Positions 51,549 through 63,203 of a stretch of DNA of 64,000 nt are shown here, piece after piece. The position numbers and the translations under genes were made by a program. Below the pieces are notes generated by a model. That model was not told where the DNA came from. It ran no database searches and worked only from the letters and a program-made list of their open reading frames with translations. The stretch lies in NCBI RefSeq assembly GCF_033153115.1, contig NW_026889751.1, positions 28,024,001 to 28,088,000 on the forward strand, in the 5' to 3' direction. Source of the DNA: Saccostrea echinata (Eukaryota). Numbering within the stretch: the first letter of the stretch is position 1; every line of letters begins with the position of its first letter.

Positions 51549-52400
51549 ATGGAACAACAGACCGTCACAACCTTACACACTAGATTTGAAGGATTTTACA
51601 ATGTGGCCTGTCTGAATGATGAAGAAATCTGGACAAGTGGAGATGACAACACCATGAAACTCTTCAGCATCAATCAGGGATCACTACTCAAGTCAATCAG
51701 AACCAAGTCAGGGATCTCACCAATTGATTTAACCGTAACACAAAATGGGGATCTAGTTTATACTGATTACAGTGATAGAACTGTTAACATTGTGGAAAAT
51801 GAGCACATAGAGGAGGTGATCAGACTACAGAACTGGAGACCTCGCGGTGTCTGTAGTACCTCCTCTGGTGACCTCCTGGTTATCATGTTCAGTAATGATT
51901 ACACACAAGCAAAAGTTGTTCGTTACTCTGGTAAATTTATAGAGAAACAAATCATTCAGTTTGATGATAAAGGCAAACCACTTTATTCCTCGGGTACACA
52001 TAACAGATATGTTAATGAAAACAGGAATCTGGATATCTGTGTGTCTGACAGTGGAGCTGGAGCAGTAGTGGTGGTCAATCAGGCCGGGAAACTGAGATTC
52101 AGATACACTGGACATACTCAAAAGAACAGACCATATTTTCCACAAGGAATCACCACAGACAGTTGGGGTCACATTCTTACATCTGACTATGACAATCACT
52201 GTGTCCACATCATAGACCAGGATGGACAGTTCCTCCATTACATAGACTGTGGGATGCATTACCCTTTGGGACTGTGTACAGATACAAATGACAATCTGTT
52301 TGTTGCGCAATGTCAAATAAATCAAGTCATGAAAATTAAATATTATCTAAAACATAAAAGATACTACCTCCGATCAATGGTAAAAAATAAATCAACATAA
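51549..52400 (+). CDS. NHL beta-propeller-only protein (no B-box or coiled coil), 283 aa, open frame
   Basis: First ATG at 51549 (MEQQTVTTLHT...), complete propeller colinear with the paralogs, basic C-terminal extension. Upstream family exon motif and donor (about 51366-51395); acceptor candidates at 51506 and 51529. Confidence 0.75.
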   Translation: MEQQTVTTLHTRFEGFYNVACLNDEEIWTSGDDNTMKLFSINQGSLLKSIRTKSGISPIDLTVTQNGDLVYTDYSDRTVNIVENEHIEEVIRLQNWRPRGVCSTSSGDLLVIMFSNDYTQAKVVRYSGKFIEKQIIQFDDKGKPLYSSGTHNRYVNENRNLDICVSDSGAGAVVVVNQAGKLRFRYTGHTQKNRPYFPQGITTDSWGHILTSDYDNHCVHIIDQDGQFLHYIDCGMHYPLGLCTDTNDNLFVAQCQINQVMKIKYYLKHKRYYLRSMVKNKST

Positions 52401-53095
52401 ATTAAACTTGGCTTTGTCATATCTTTTTAAAGATGTATGTCTAAGAGTCAGAGAGAAGGAAGGGTTTCAATGCATGAGAGTCACTGGTTGTGCATTAAGG
52501 ATTCCAACACAGAGAAAATTATTGCCATGGTCATTGTCATGGTCATTGCCAGACCCTAAAAAGGCTGTCAAATGTTATTGAATTTAAGAGCGCAACAGAG
52601 AGAGAGAGATTGTACACATATAAGGGTCACTGTAAGTGGATTTCAGAGCCAAAGATATAGAACAGGTCATAGCCATGGTATTCCTCTTCACAAACAGGGA
52701 AGCTTATTGTACGAGGCTCATTCTCAAAAAAAATACGTTCTTTTGTCGTAACTTTTATATTTAAAGTCATATTATGACCAAATTCGACAGAAATAATTTA
52801 ATTATAAATCCGAAAAATTAAAATTAAAAAAATAATAAAGTACGTCTCGAAGCATTGATTGGCGATACAATTTTGTATTGCACTCGGAAAATTTCAGTAA
52901 CAAACTCAAAAAGCCCGAGGATGCAGAAGATGTATCAAAAGTTAGCCGTGTATGTATGTATAAATGTCACAAATTTTTTTGAGTTTAAGAGACTCCGTAT
53001 TGGACGATGAACGCACGGCCTCCAAGGAAAGGAATTATCAATAACTACATGTATGCATCTGCATTGTCAAATTGTTAGCAAACTAAGTATAAAGT

Positions 53096-55502
53096 TATGG
53101 CATGTCAAACGCACAGGTACTTGTGGACAGGAACACCCCCCCCCCCCCATTATGCCCCACAGGTCAAAAAATATTTTTATGTTTTTTTTTTTCATAAATT
53201 ATTCTTCTAGTACACATTTACAATGTATTCCATAAGAAAAATACAAAAAAATAACGCAGAATTAACGTTTTACTAAAAAATCATACCCGCGGTATTATAA
53301 AATAGAGAAGGTAAGTCACTTCCATTTGTTTACGCTGGACCCCTCTTGGATATCAGCCCCGAAATATCATTTACCTAATACATGTCACCGAAATGTGTCA
53401 TGATGTCTTGTTTCGGTAGATATTTTTGTCTTTAATCGTGCTATTTAATTGCCCAGGCATCCCATAATAATCCGAGTATTCATCGTCAAACGTGAAAAAT
53501 GCTACAAGATTTGGAAATGTCAGAGTAGAAATTACGGAAGTGATGCAAAAACGACACCTAGCGTGTAACTCTCGAGTTCCGAGTGTAATAGAACTAAGGG
53601 AAGAGTCAGAGGTCTACGAAAAAGTTCGGGAAAATTTTGATAAAGAAGTCGAAATTGATTCATTAGAATTAAATTCTGCTTAAGATTTTCGAGATGAGCG
53701 AGGGTAGTCGTCAATATTCCCTTTAAAGGATGTTATCATTGATACCAAGTAGCGGTTTAAAAATCGCTTAAACATTTATTTACAACTTACAAGATATTTA
53801 ACCCCCCTTCCCCTTCTACATGGACATGCTTGCAATTAATTCCGATAATATTAAGCTTAATAATTATGTGTATTTTTTAATATTCTTATGCGATGATTAT
53901 CATTTGCCAAGGAATTTAAATGTGAGTCTTTTCAAAATTAATTCTTAAAAATGAAAATCAGAATCCCATTTTTTTTAAAAATTAATTTTCATGCTTTTCT
54001 TTACTTTCGCGTCGCACTGCTGAGTTTATTTCTGGCCTTGATTACATATATATCAAGCTGCTATTATTTTAATTGAACAAACGGAAGCTTAACTTCTATA
54101 AAATAAAGACTTTAAAAAAAGTTCTTTAGGTACGTCTTTTCTAACAGTCATAGTTAGATAATTGCAACTTGTATTACGTAGCAATTGACGTTTAAATATT
54201 GCATGGGTTGTACAACCATTCATCAACCGGTCAATTTGTTTTTCTCCAAAACTGTAACTTGTAATGACGTTGCACAGCCCCCGTCCCCAAATTAATCAAT
54301 ATTGATTAAATACATGTAGCGAATTCATAACAAATGGGGAAACAAAGAGATTTTTTGTACAGTTTTAAATAATCACATTTCTGTCTTTACTTATTTTTAA
54401 AACTAGTTTATCATTCTAAATATTATATTTACTACCACATTAATTAAACGGATATCCACCTTTCCGCAGACACAATTTAATGAAAATTCCATGTCCATGC
54501 AGATGGGGAAGGCGGCCGAGGTGGAGTGGGGGGGGGGGGGCTTTACATGTCAAGTTTATAATGTTTAAGCGATTTTTAAACCGCTACTTGGTATCAATGA
54601 TAACATCCTTTAAAGGGAATATTGACGACTACCCTCGCTCATCTCGAAAATCTTAAGCAGAATTTAATTCTAATAAATCAATTTCGACTTCTTTATCAAA
54701 ATTTTCCCGAACTTTTTCGTAGACCTCTGACTTTTCCCTTAGTTCTATTACACTCGGAACTCGAGAGTTACACGCTAGGTGTCGTTTTTGCATCACTTCC
54801 GTAATTTCTACTCTGACATTTCCAAATCTTGTAGCATTTTTCACGTTTGACGATGAATACTCGGATTATTATGGGATGCCTGGGCAATTAAATAGCACGA
54901 TTAAAGACAAAAATATCTACCGAAACAAGACATCATGACACATTTCGGTGAAATGTATTAGGTAAATGATATTTCGGGGCTGATATCCAAGAGGGGTCCA
55001 GCGTAAACAAATGGAAGTGACTTACCTTCTCTATTTTATAATACCGCGGGTATGATTTTTTAGTAAAACGTTAATTCTGCGTTATTTTTTGGATTTTTCT
55101 TATGGAATACATTGTAAATGTGTACTAGAAGAATAATTTATGAAAAAAATACACAAAAATATTTTTTGACCTGTGGGTCATATTGGAGGGGGGGGGGGGG
55201 GGGGGTCCTGTCCACAAGTACCTGTGGTCAAACGTTGCAATATTCAATCTTTTGCATTTGTTTTCTATAATTTCCATTTCCATTTGCATTGCATAATTTT
55301 CCATTTGTATTGTATAATTATATAGAATACAGATGGTAAAATTATTCTATACAAATAAAAATCATACAATACAAATGGAAAATTATAGAATATAAATAAC
55401 AAATTATACAATACAAATAAAACTTATACAATACGAAAGGAAAATTGTACAATATAAATGGATTTTTTAAAGATCGAATATTGCAACGTTTGACATGCCA
55501 TA
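53096..55502. mobile_element. Palindromic MITE (about 285 bp net) split by the foldback insertion
   Basis: Left TIR TATGGCATGTCAAACG|TTGCAATATTC (53096-53111 joined to 55235 onward); right TIR GAATATTGCAACGTTTGACATGCCATA (55476-55502). Confidence 0.8.
53112..55226. mobile_element. Foldback-type non-autonomous DNA transposon with about 665-bp near-identical TIRs and 8-bp TSD
   Basis: CACAGGTACTTGTGGACAGG...CCTGTCCACAAGTACCTGTG; arms 53112 to about 53775 and about 54560 to 55226; TSD GTCAAACG at 53104-53111 and 55227-55234. Confidence 0.92.
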
Positions 55503-55635
55503 TTTGAAAGTGGTAAAGAAATTTTTTAAAGAAATTTGTAAGGCGCCATAGACCATGTTTGAAATGCAGAGGTGGTGTATTTTTTTCGAAATTGTCATAA
55601 CGTTATGTCTTTGACGTTATGTTGAAAAGCGTACT

Positions 55636-56165
55636 AAATTGTATGACAACCGAGATGACGACAGCATTTCCATCGTCAACCTTTCTTATTTATGTAGTAA
55701 TATTCCACTATCACCTGATTATATAGCGTTTATGTCTCCCAATTCATTCGCTACTCAAGAGCTTGCTCTGAGTACGATCAATTTTTTAAAGCAAGGCATG
55801 CTACTTACTGATAAGTTGATATTACTGGGATTTCAACAACCTCGTTTAAAGTCGGTATTTCGTAAATTCTATGGTCGTTAAAATGACCTTGTTAGCAAAT
55901 ATGATCTATCATTTGGTCGTATTTTGGCTGACTTGTTTCATACCAATCGCTAGGCCTTTGTTTTATACTGTACTGAATTTGACTACAGAATTCTCCGTCT
56001 ATATGATCAATACATAGGGCTCACGGCGGGTGTGACCGCTTAACAGGGGATGCTCACTCCTCCTAGGCCCCGATCCCACCATTGGAATTTCCAGGGGTCC
56101 GTGTATTATGACCTCTTCACATATTTTTTTAGCTCGATCACTGTTCGTTTTCTTCACCTTTTACA
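55636..56165 (+). mobile_element. Penelope-like retroelement 3' fragment
   Basis: LYDNRDD.SISIVNLSYLCSNIPLSP...RLKSVFRKFYGR, followed by the 3' UTR GGGCTCACGGCGGGTGTGACC. Confidence 0.8.
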
Positions 56166-56547
56166 TCAAATAAAAAATAAATGTTTTCACATATGATCAT
56201 GTGTGGATCCTTAATATCTTAAAAATAATATGACGAAGAGCAACATTTCCTACGTATTTATGAATGATCCTGCATAATATCCTTTTTTAGTTCATTTTAG
56301 TGTCCATGCAACCCAATTTACCCAAATATTCCAACTTTGAGTATTCTTCGATGAAGTAAGCAATATAAAATCAAGTATTATTAAAGTTTGCCAAAATTAG
56401 AGGTGTCAAAATACCTTACATGTACAAATATTCGAAAGGATGCGTTTGATATCACATACGTTTCTTTTTATTTCAGATAGGAATCTACATATGTACTTGA
56501 TAATGAAGAAATATTTTTATGCTTCTGAGATCAAGGATTGCCTGTAG

Positions 56548-57160
56548 GATGAAATATTTGGAGATAACGAACAGTATTCAAGCTCAAAAGTCCATTAAAC
56601 AATACAAATTTTGGAGCATAGCAAACACGGACCTCCAAAACATCAGAGGTGGGATCAGGTGCCATGGAGGAGTGAGCATCCCCTGCCGACCGGTCACACC
56701 CGCCGTGTGCTCCTTAATTGTCATGAATGGGAAATAATGGAAAAATCCGTCGACAATTCAGTATGTAAATAATGGCCTAACAATAAGTATGAAAAAAGTC
56801 AGTCAGCATTTGACTTAATGGTAAATTGTATTTGCTGACAAGGTCATTGTATCGACCATAGAACTCACCAAATGACGACTTTAAACGAGACTGTTGATAT
56901 TCATGTTTCATCAACTTGTTTGTCAATAATTTACCTCGTTTTAGAAATTGTACATACGTAGAGCATGCTTTTGCGTATCGAATCAACTGAGAGATATAAA
57001 CCCCGTATGCAGGTGATGAAGGTATATTGCTGCATAAGTAAGGGAAGTTGACGATTGAAAAGTAAAAGTCATCATGTTTATCATAAAGCTTTGTTGTTAG
57101 ATTACCATTAACGTCTTTTTTCTAGAAAATTATCCAAATATGAAACAGATTTGGTTTCGT
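56548..57160 (-). mobile_element. Penelope-like retroelement 3' fragment
   Basis: LIRYAKACSTYVQFLKRGKLLTNKL...YGRYNDLVSKYNL* plus 3' UTR; inverted relative to 55636-56165. Confidence 0.8.
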
Positions 57161-57420
57161 ACTAAAAATTTCTTTAGAATATGATTATAATACCGTATGC
57201 GTGCATAACCCAGCTATTTTGTTGACTTTAGCAGATATATACTATATTTACCATTTTGAGATGATGCATATACAATAGATCTTTGTTTACTGTAAAAATG
57301 TTGATTGTTCAAATTTTAAATTCTCATCGTACTAACATACCCCATGTTGTGGGCTTTAGTGAAATAAAAAAAAGTCCCAAGTATCAGAGTCTCAAGCAAT
57401 ATCAGAATGTGTAGGTTTCC

Positions 57421-59043
57421 ATGAAAGTGGTCAATATACAAGTTTCTTGATGAAAGTGGTCATTATACAAGTTTCTTGATGAAAGTGGTCATTATACAAG
57501 TTTCTTGATGAAAGTGGTCATTATACAAGTTTCTTGATGAAAGTGGTCAATATACAAGTTTCTTGATGAAAGTGGTCATTATATAAGTTTCTTGATAAAA
57601 GTGGTCATTATACAAGTTTCTTGATAAAAGTGGTCAATATACAAGTTTCTTGATAAAAGTGGTCATTATACAAGTTTCTTGATAAAAGTGGTCAATATAC
57701 AAGTTTCTTAATGAAAGTGGTCACTACAAGATTCTTGATGAAAGTGGTCATTATACAAGTTCTTGATGAAAGTGGTCATTATACAAGTTTCGTGATGAAA
57801 GTGGTCATTATACAAGTTTCGTGATGAAAGTGGTCAATATACAAGTTTCTTGATGAAAGTGGTCATTATACAAGATTCTTGATGAAAGTGGTCATTATAC
57901 AAGTTTCTTGATGAAAGTGGTCATTATACAAGTTTCTTGATAAAAGTGGTCATTATACAAGTTTCTTGATGAAAGTGGTCAATATACAAGTTTCTTGATA
58001 AAAGTGGTCAATATACAAGTTTCTTGATAAAAGTGGTCAATATACAAGTTTCTTAATGAAAGTGGTCACTACAAGATTCTTGATGAAAGTGGTCATTATA
58101 CAAGATTCTTGATGAAAGTGGTCATTATACAAGATTCTTGATGAAAGTGGTCATTATACAAGTTTCTTGATGAAAGTGGTCATTATACAAGTTTCTTGAT
58201 AAAAGTGGTCATTATACAAGTTTCTTGATGAAAGTGGTCAATATACAACTTGAAGTTTCTTGATAAAAGTGGTCATTATACAAGTTTCTTGATAAAAGTG
58301 GTCAATATACAAGTTTCTTAATGAAAGTGGTCACTACAAGATTCTTGATGAAAGTGGTCATTATACAAGTTCTTGATGAAAGTGGTCATTATACAAGTTT
58401 CGTGATGAAAGTGGTCATTATACTAGTTTCGTGATGAAAGTGGTCAATATACAAGTTTCTTGATGAAAGTGGTCATTATACAAGATTCTTGATGAAAGTG
58501 GTCATTATACAAGTTTCTTGATGAAAGTGGTCATTATACAAGTTTCTTGATGAAAGTGGTCATTATACAAGTTTCTTGATAAAAGTGGTCATTATACAAG
58601 TTTCTTGATAAAAGTGGTCAATATACAAGTTTCTTGATAAAAGTGGTCATTATACAAGTTTCTTGATAAAAGTGGTCAATATACAAGTTTCTTAATGAAA
58701 GTGGTCACTACAAGATTCTTGATGAAAGTGGTCATTATACAAGTTTCGTGATGAAAGTGGTCATTATACAAGTTTCGTGATGAAAGTGGTCATTATGCAA
58801 GATCCTTGATGAAAGTGGTCATTATTCAAGTTCCTTGATGAAAGTGGTCATTATTCAAGTTTCTTGATGAAAGTGGTCATTATACAAGTTCTTGATGAAA
58901 GTGGTCATTATTCAAGTTTCTTGATGAAAGTGGTCATTATACAAGTTCTTGATGAAAGTGGTCATTATACAAGTTTCTTGATGAAAGTGGTCATTATACA
59001 AGTTTCTTGAGGAAAGTGGTCATTATACAAGTTTCTTGAGGAA
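57421..59043 (+). repeat. 29-bp tandem satellite, about 56 copies
   Basis: Unit ATGAAAGTGGTCATTATACAAGTTTCTTG with recurring variants; no unique spacers. Confidence 0.97.
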
Positions 59044-59392
59044 ATTTCAGTTTATAAGAGTCATTCATCTGGAGTAAAGCAAAGATTTAATGTGTGCAAT
59101 AGAAAGGGATGCATTCATTACATCTATACATAAATACATGCACATACAATGTACTACATATGTAATTAATTAATATTTTTCATCAACAGAGATGTATAGT
59201 TGACAGTTTGCAAGAGGAAAGGAAAATTAAACAGCTCATCATTTATCTTCATTACATAGACAATACCACACCCAACCTTTAACCTCTAGCACACACAAAT
59301 GAATTTAAACAAATTATTTTATCTGAAAATAAATATTTTATTGTATACACAAATCTATTTCAAAATCTGCTGCAAACAATGTAAAACAACAA

Positions 59393-62220
59393 TTAAACAC
59401 AATTACTTCTATCATTACATAGTCGGTTGATATCACACACAATTTTCAAACACAATTCTTCTTGGTTACCAGCTCCATCTAGGTATTCTAAAAATAAAAT
59501 ACTAGTACTTCAGAAATTTAATTTTTGGGGGGTAAAATATCTTTATTTCTCACACATGTAATCTGGTGAGCGAAGAGTTGACATCATCGAGGAATAATAC
59601 ACATTACCTTTTACTACTGTACAACAGAAATATCTGTATAAATTGTGTAATATTGTATCATTGCATTTCTTAGCCTGTGGTTTATAGTATGAGTTATATC
59701 TATATCATCTTGGTCCTGTATTTCTCTTCGATGAAGAATAGACTCGGGCCAAACTATTTTCTCCAAATATCCAGGCTTATCAGGTGGGGTATAATGTCTT
59801 GTTCAATATAAAATTAAAAAAAATTCAATGATCAAATTTTTGCTTTAAAATTTAACTTCTAGCAATAGAAGTGATTTCTCTAGTAAATCTGAGAATCATT
59901 CAGGTTTACCTCAGTGAGAGAATTATGAAAAACACAGGATAATTAAATATGATAAATAATAATTGTGCATACAGTGTACGACATTTGATATTTTAAGTAT
60001 TATTTGTCATTTGTTCTGGTCTCTTTGGTTTACCACAATGAAAAATTTATGAAAATCACGACAATTTAATATGAAAAATAACAACTGTTCATAAAGTGTA
60101 TGGCATTTGATATTTAAAGTAATATTTGTTATTTGTTTGAAATGTTTACCTCCTTCTGGCTATACACACATCATATGGAATTGTACATAAATATTTCTTC
60201 ATCAAGAGCTGTTCCAAATCCCAAAAAAGGTAGCAAAATAAACACGTGAAACAATGAACAATTTCCTCAAATTCTGTGATACACTTTTAAAGTACAACAT
60301 TGAATTGCAACCTAAAATAGAGTTTCTAATCACTGATTTCTGTAATGTCTGGAATCCCTAATCCTTCCTCACTCACTCTCATATCTTACTCAAGCAAAAT
60401 CCACCCATAAAGATAAACCTCTCCTCTCTAAAAACTCAAGTCTATAATTTTCCATTAGAATTCGAAAGAATTACTGTAAGAACTTTCAAAGCAATCACCT
60501 ATTTTTTGTACTGTAAGGATAGGTATTTTTTAAGTCAGATATAGATTTGATTCTTCCCAAATAAAAAAAAACAAGTCGGATGGTCATAATTTTGTGTTGA
60601 CAATATTCAAAGGTACACGTATACAACTTACTATAAGCATCTTAACTACCTAACACAGTGGAATTGAATGGAGCTGATTACTAACATAATCATCAAGTAC
60701 ATTTAAATATATCCCAACAATCAGATGAACATTTGAAACATTTGAAGGACACTTGCTACAAACCAAATATTGGATGCATGGATAGATCTATATTTCTTGA
60801 CTTTTTAATCACTAAGAAATTGTAAATTTTCTGTGATGTTTTAAATTCTCACATTTTGCCATTTTCCTTATAATTCTACATGTATATAATTTTTCAATCA
60901 CTTTCTAGAACATTCTGGAGAAATCTTGAGGATTTATGTGGCTTAACTTATTTATTTAACTTATATAAACATACTTTTCATGTCTATTTTCACACTTTTT
61001 GAAAAAATTGTATTAAGTGGCCTTAAGAAGTAACTTCAACACTTCCCCTTTCAAAGCAACCTGTCTTCTACTGAAAGTTTCTAAAGTTGTGTTTAAATAG
61101 GCCTTTTAAAATGAGAAACACTGTAAGAGTACAGTCTACCTGTATGAAGAGAAGGAGGAGGGGGGGACGTATGATCTTCAACAATTAAAATCACTGAAAA
61201 TATTTTACACATATTCATAATGAACATGAGGAACAAAACAAAATGACTGCCCCCAAGAACTGCAATAATTGTTTTAATCTAGCAAAGCACAGACACCCAA
61301 TAAACAAGAGGCCCATGGGCCACAACGCTCACCTGAGAAACTTTGGCCCTGCTGTTCACTTCACCAGATTTTCACCCTTGTAATACTTATTGTGCCACCA
61401 TCCTACCCCTGTGGTCATGGTTTGAACAATTTAGAATCTACACTACCTCAGAAAGCTTCCAGTTTCAGCTTTTCTGGCCCAGTGGTTCTTGAGGAGGAGA
61501 TTTTTAAAGTTTTTCCTAAATATTTTAATCTAAAACTTTGATTCCCTATTGTGTCCCCACCCTAACCCCGGGGCTCATGATTTGAACAATTTAGAATCTA
61601 CGCTATCCCAGAAGGCTTCCACATAAGTTTCAGCTTTTCTGGTCCAGTGGTTCTTGAGAAGAAGATTTTTAATGACCCCACTATTTTTGTCTTCTCTTGA
61701 TTATCTCCCCTTGTAAGGGGGCTTGGCCCTTTATTTTAACAATTAAAACTCCCAAGGATGCTTTGTACCAACTTTGGTTAAAATTGGCCCAGTGGTTCTT
61801 CATCAGAAGTTGAAAAAAGTTTACAGACGGACAGACAGACAGACGGACGGACGACGGACAACAGGTGATCAGAAAAGCTTACTTGAGCTTTCAGCTCAAG
61901 TGAGCTAAAACTCATGCAGCATTAAATAGTTTCAGAGACCATAAACCATAGTAAAATATAATAGTAATTAATTAACTGCATCTGTACATTTAAGTTCAGA
62001 AAAAAAGTTTAGGGGGTTTTTGCTGACCCATTACTGACATCTACAGGGTGTAAATTTATTAGCGCCCTTTACCTCAAAGCATACATCCTGAATCCTTCTA
62101 CAATAAGTACATTACTATACATATCATTAGGGGTATATCCCACTGGAGTGGCGTTACTTTGAGCATCTTTCCATGACTGGACATCTGCTACCATTGCTTC
62201 CATGTCGAAGGCATTTAATT
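59393..62220 (-). pseudogene. NMRK duplicate, exons 4-7 only, three splice sites mutated
   Basis: Exons 62220-62073, 60221-60150, 59803-59700 and 59487-59393 keep the frame (...EYLDGAGNQEELCLKIV...*). Exon 5 and 6 acceptors read TG and the exon 6 donor reads AT. Similarity stops at a truncated MITE (62358); exons 1-3 not found in the window. Confidence 0.85.
61302..61910 (+). mobile_element. Non-autonomous Helentron (HINE/pearl-like) element
   Basis: AAACAAGAGGCCCATGGGCC...GCTCACCTGAG start, internal repeats of about 160 bp, ACAG/ACGG microsatellite, terminal palindrome CTTGAGCTTTCAGCTCAAG-TGAGCTAAAA. Confidence 0.8.
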
Positions 62221-62357
62221 CTGAAAATATAGGCATTTCTTCATTTTTATGATTTCTGATTTTTCACTGAAATTTGTTTCTTACTTTTGAAAATGTGCAT
62301 TTATGTATATGAAATGAATAATGCTTTGAAACAGAGACCTTTCAAGCCTTGATAAAC

Positions 62358-62550
62358 CAGAGGGTGATATTTCTTATATAATCCTTATGGGTAATCTTTT
62401 GAATTGCCAATGTCACAATTTTTGGTGTAGTTAATTTTTTAAACATATTGAAAACAATTTAGAAATCACAAGAGAATGACAATTATGAATAAATATTGAT
62501 ATAATACCAAGTTATACAAAACATATATTTGAGGAACGTGTCGTCTGACC
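62358..62550 (-). mobile_element. Truncated copy of the TTAA/Kolobok-type MITE
   Basis: Reverse complement of 27393-27586; one TIR plus TTAA (62551-62554). Confidence 0.8.
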
Positions 62551-62774
62551 TTAAGAAGGAATGCAAACTGACTTCAATGAAGGATGATTTACATAAATTA
62601 CTTTTAAATCAAATGGAAATGCCTGTGATCATGAAACCTTATAATAGACGTCAATATCTGCGTATTGTGGTAGAATACTGAGGAAAAGAAACAGTTCACA
62701 CCCAAAATGTAAATCAAGACTGTGTCACCAAAATGATGTTATATTAATAATTTGAGTTCAAGTTCAAAGTCCTG

Positions 62775-63110
62775 TTCTATGGAGAAATAATTCTGTGTTT
62801 ATAAAACAATTTTTGAAAAAAAAAAAATCACAACTGAAAAACATGACATTTTTGAAAAACACAGAGCAATGAATTGTGAAAATTAAGAGTTGTATATTAC
62901 ACAGATATAGCCTCGCTCAAACAAACCAATCATATATGGAATTACAGAGTAAAAATAGTATTGCTATAATTATATACAATGTACTTAATTTGTTATTTAA
63001 GGAAACTCTGCTCTTTTTTTAATTTTCATCTCCGTCTGGCTATAAACACTTCAAAAGTAACTGTAAAAAAATATTTCTTCAACAAGGTTACTTTAAATTT
63101 ATGTCAAAAA
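62775..63110 (-). pseudogene. Further decayed NMRK remnant (exon 5-like plus intron)
   Basis: 62775-62850 and 62985-63110 align to 48555-48860 and to exon 5. Confidence 0.55.
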
Positions 63111-63203
63111 AAATCACAGATATTCAACACTAGAAATAAGTAATAGTATCTTTATATTTCAAGTTTTATAATAAATTAACGCCTTTATAGTACAACTTTA
63201 GAA

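Larger units (their letters stand above)
52710..55635 (+). mobile_element. Mariner-derived element hosting nested insertions
   Basis: Starts TA-CGAGG. Segments 52900-53045 and 55503-55635 are homologous to 26700-27035. Confidence 0.5.

Noticed and set aside
53492-54844. Mirror-image 60-63 aa ORF pairs
   Set aside because: Simple consequence of the inverted arms; no recognisable domain.
57421-59043. CRISPR-like appearance of 29-bp repeats
   Set aside because: Head-to-tail monomers with no unique spacers, no cas genes, and a eukaryotic context.
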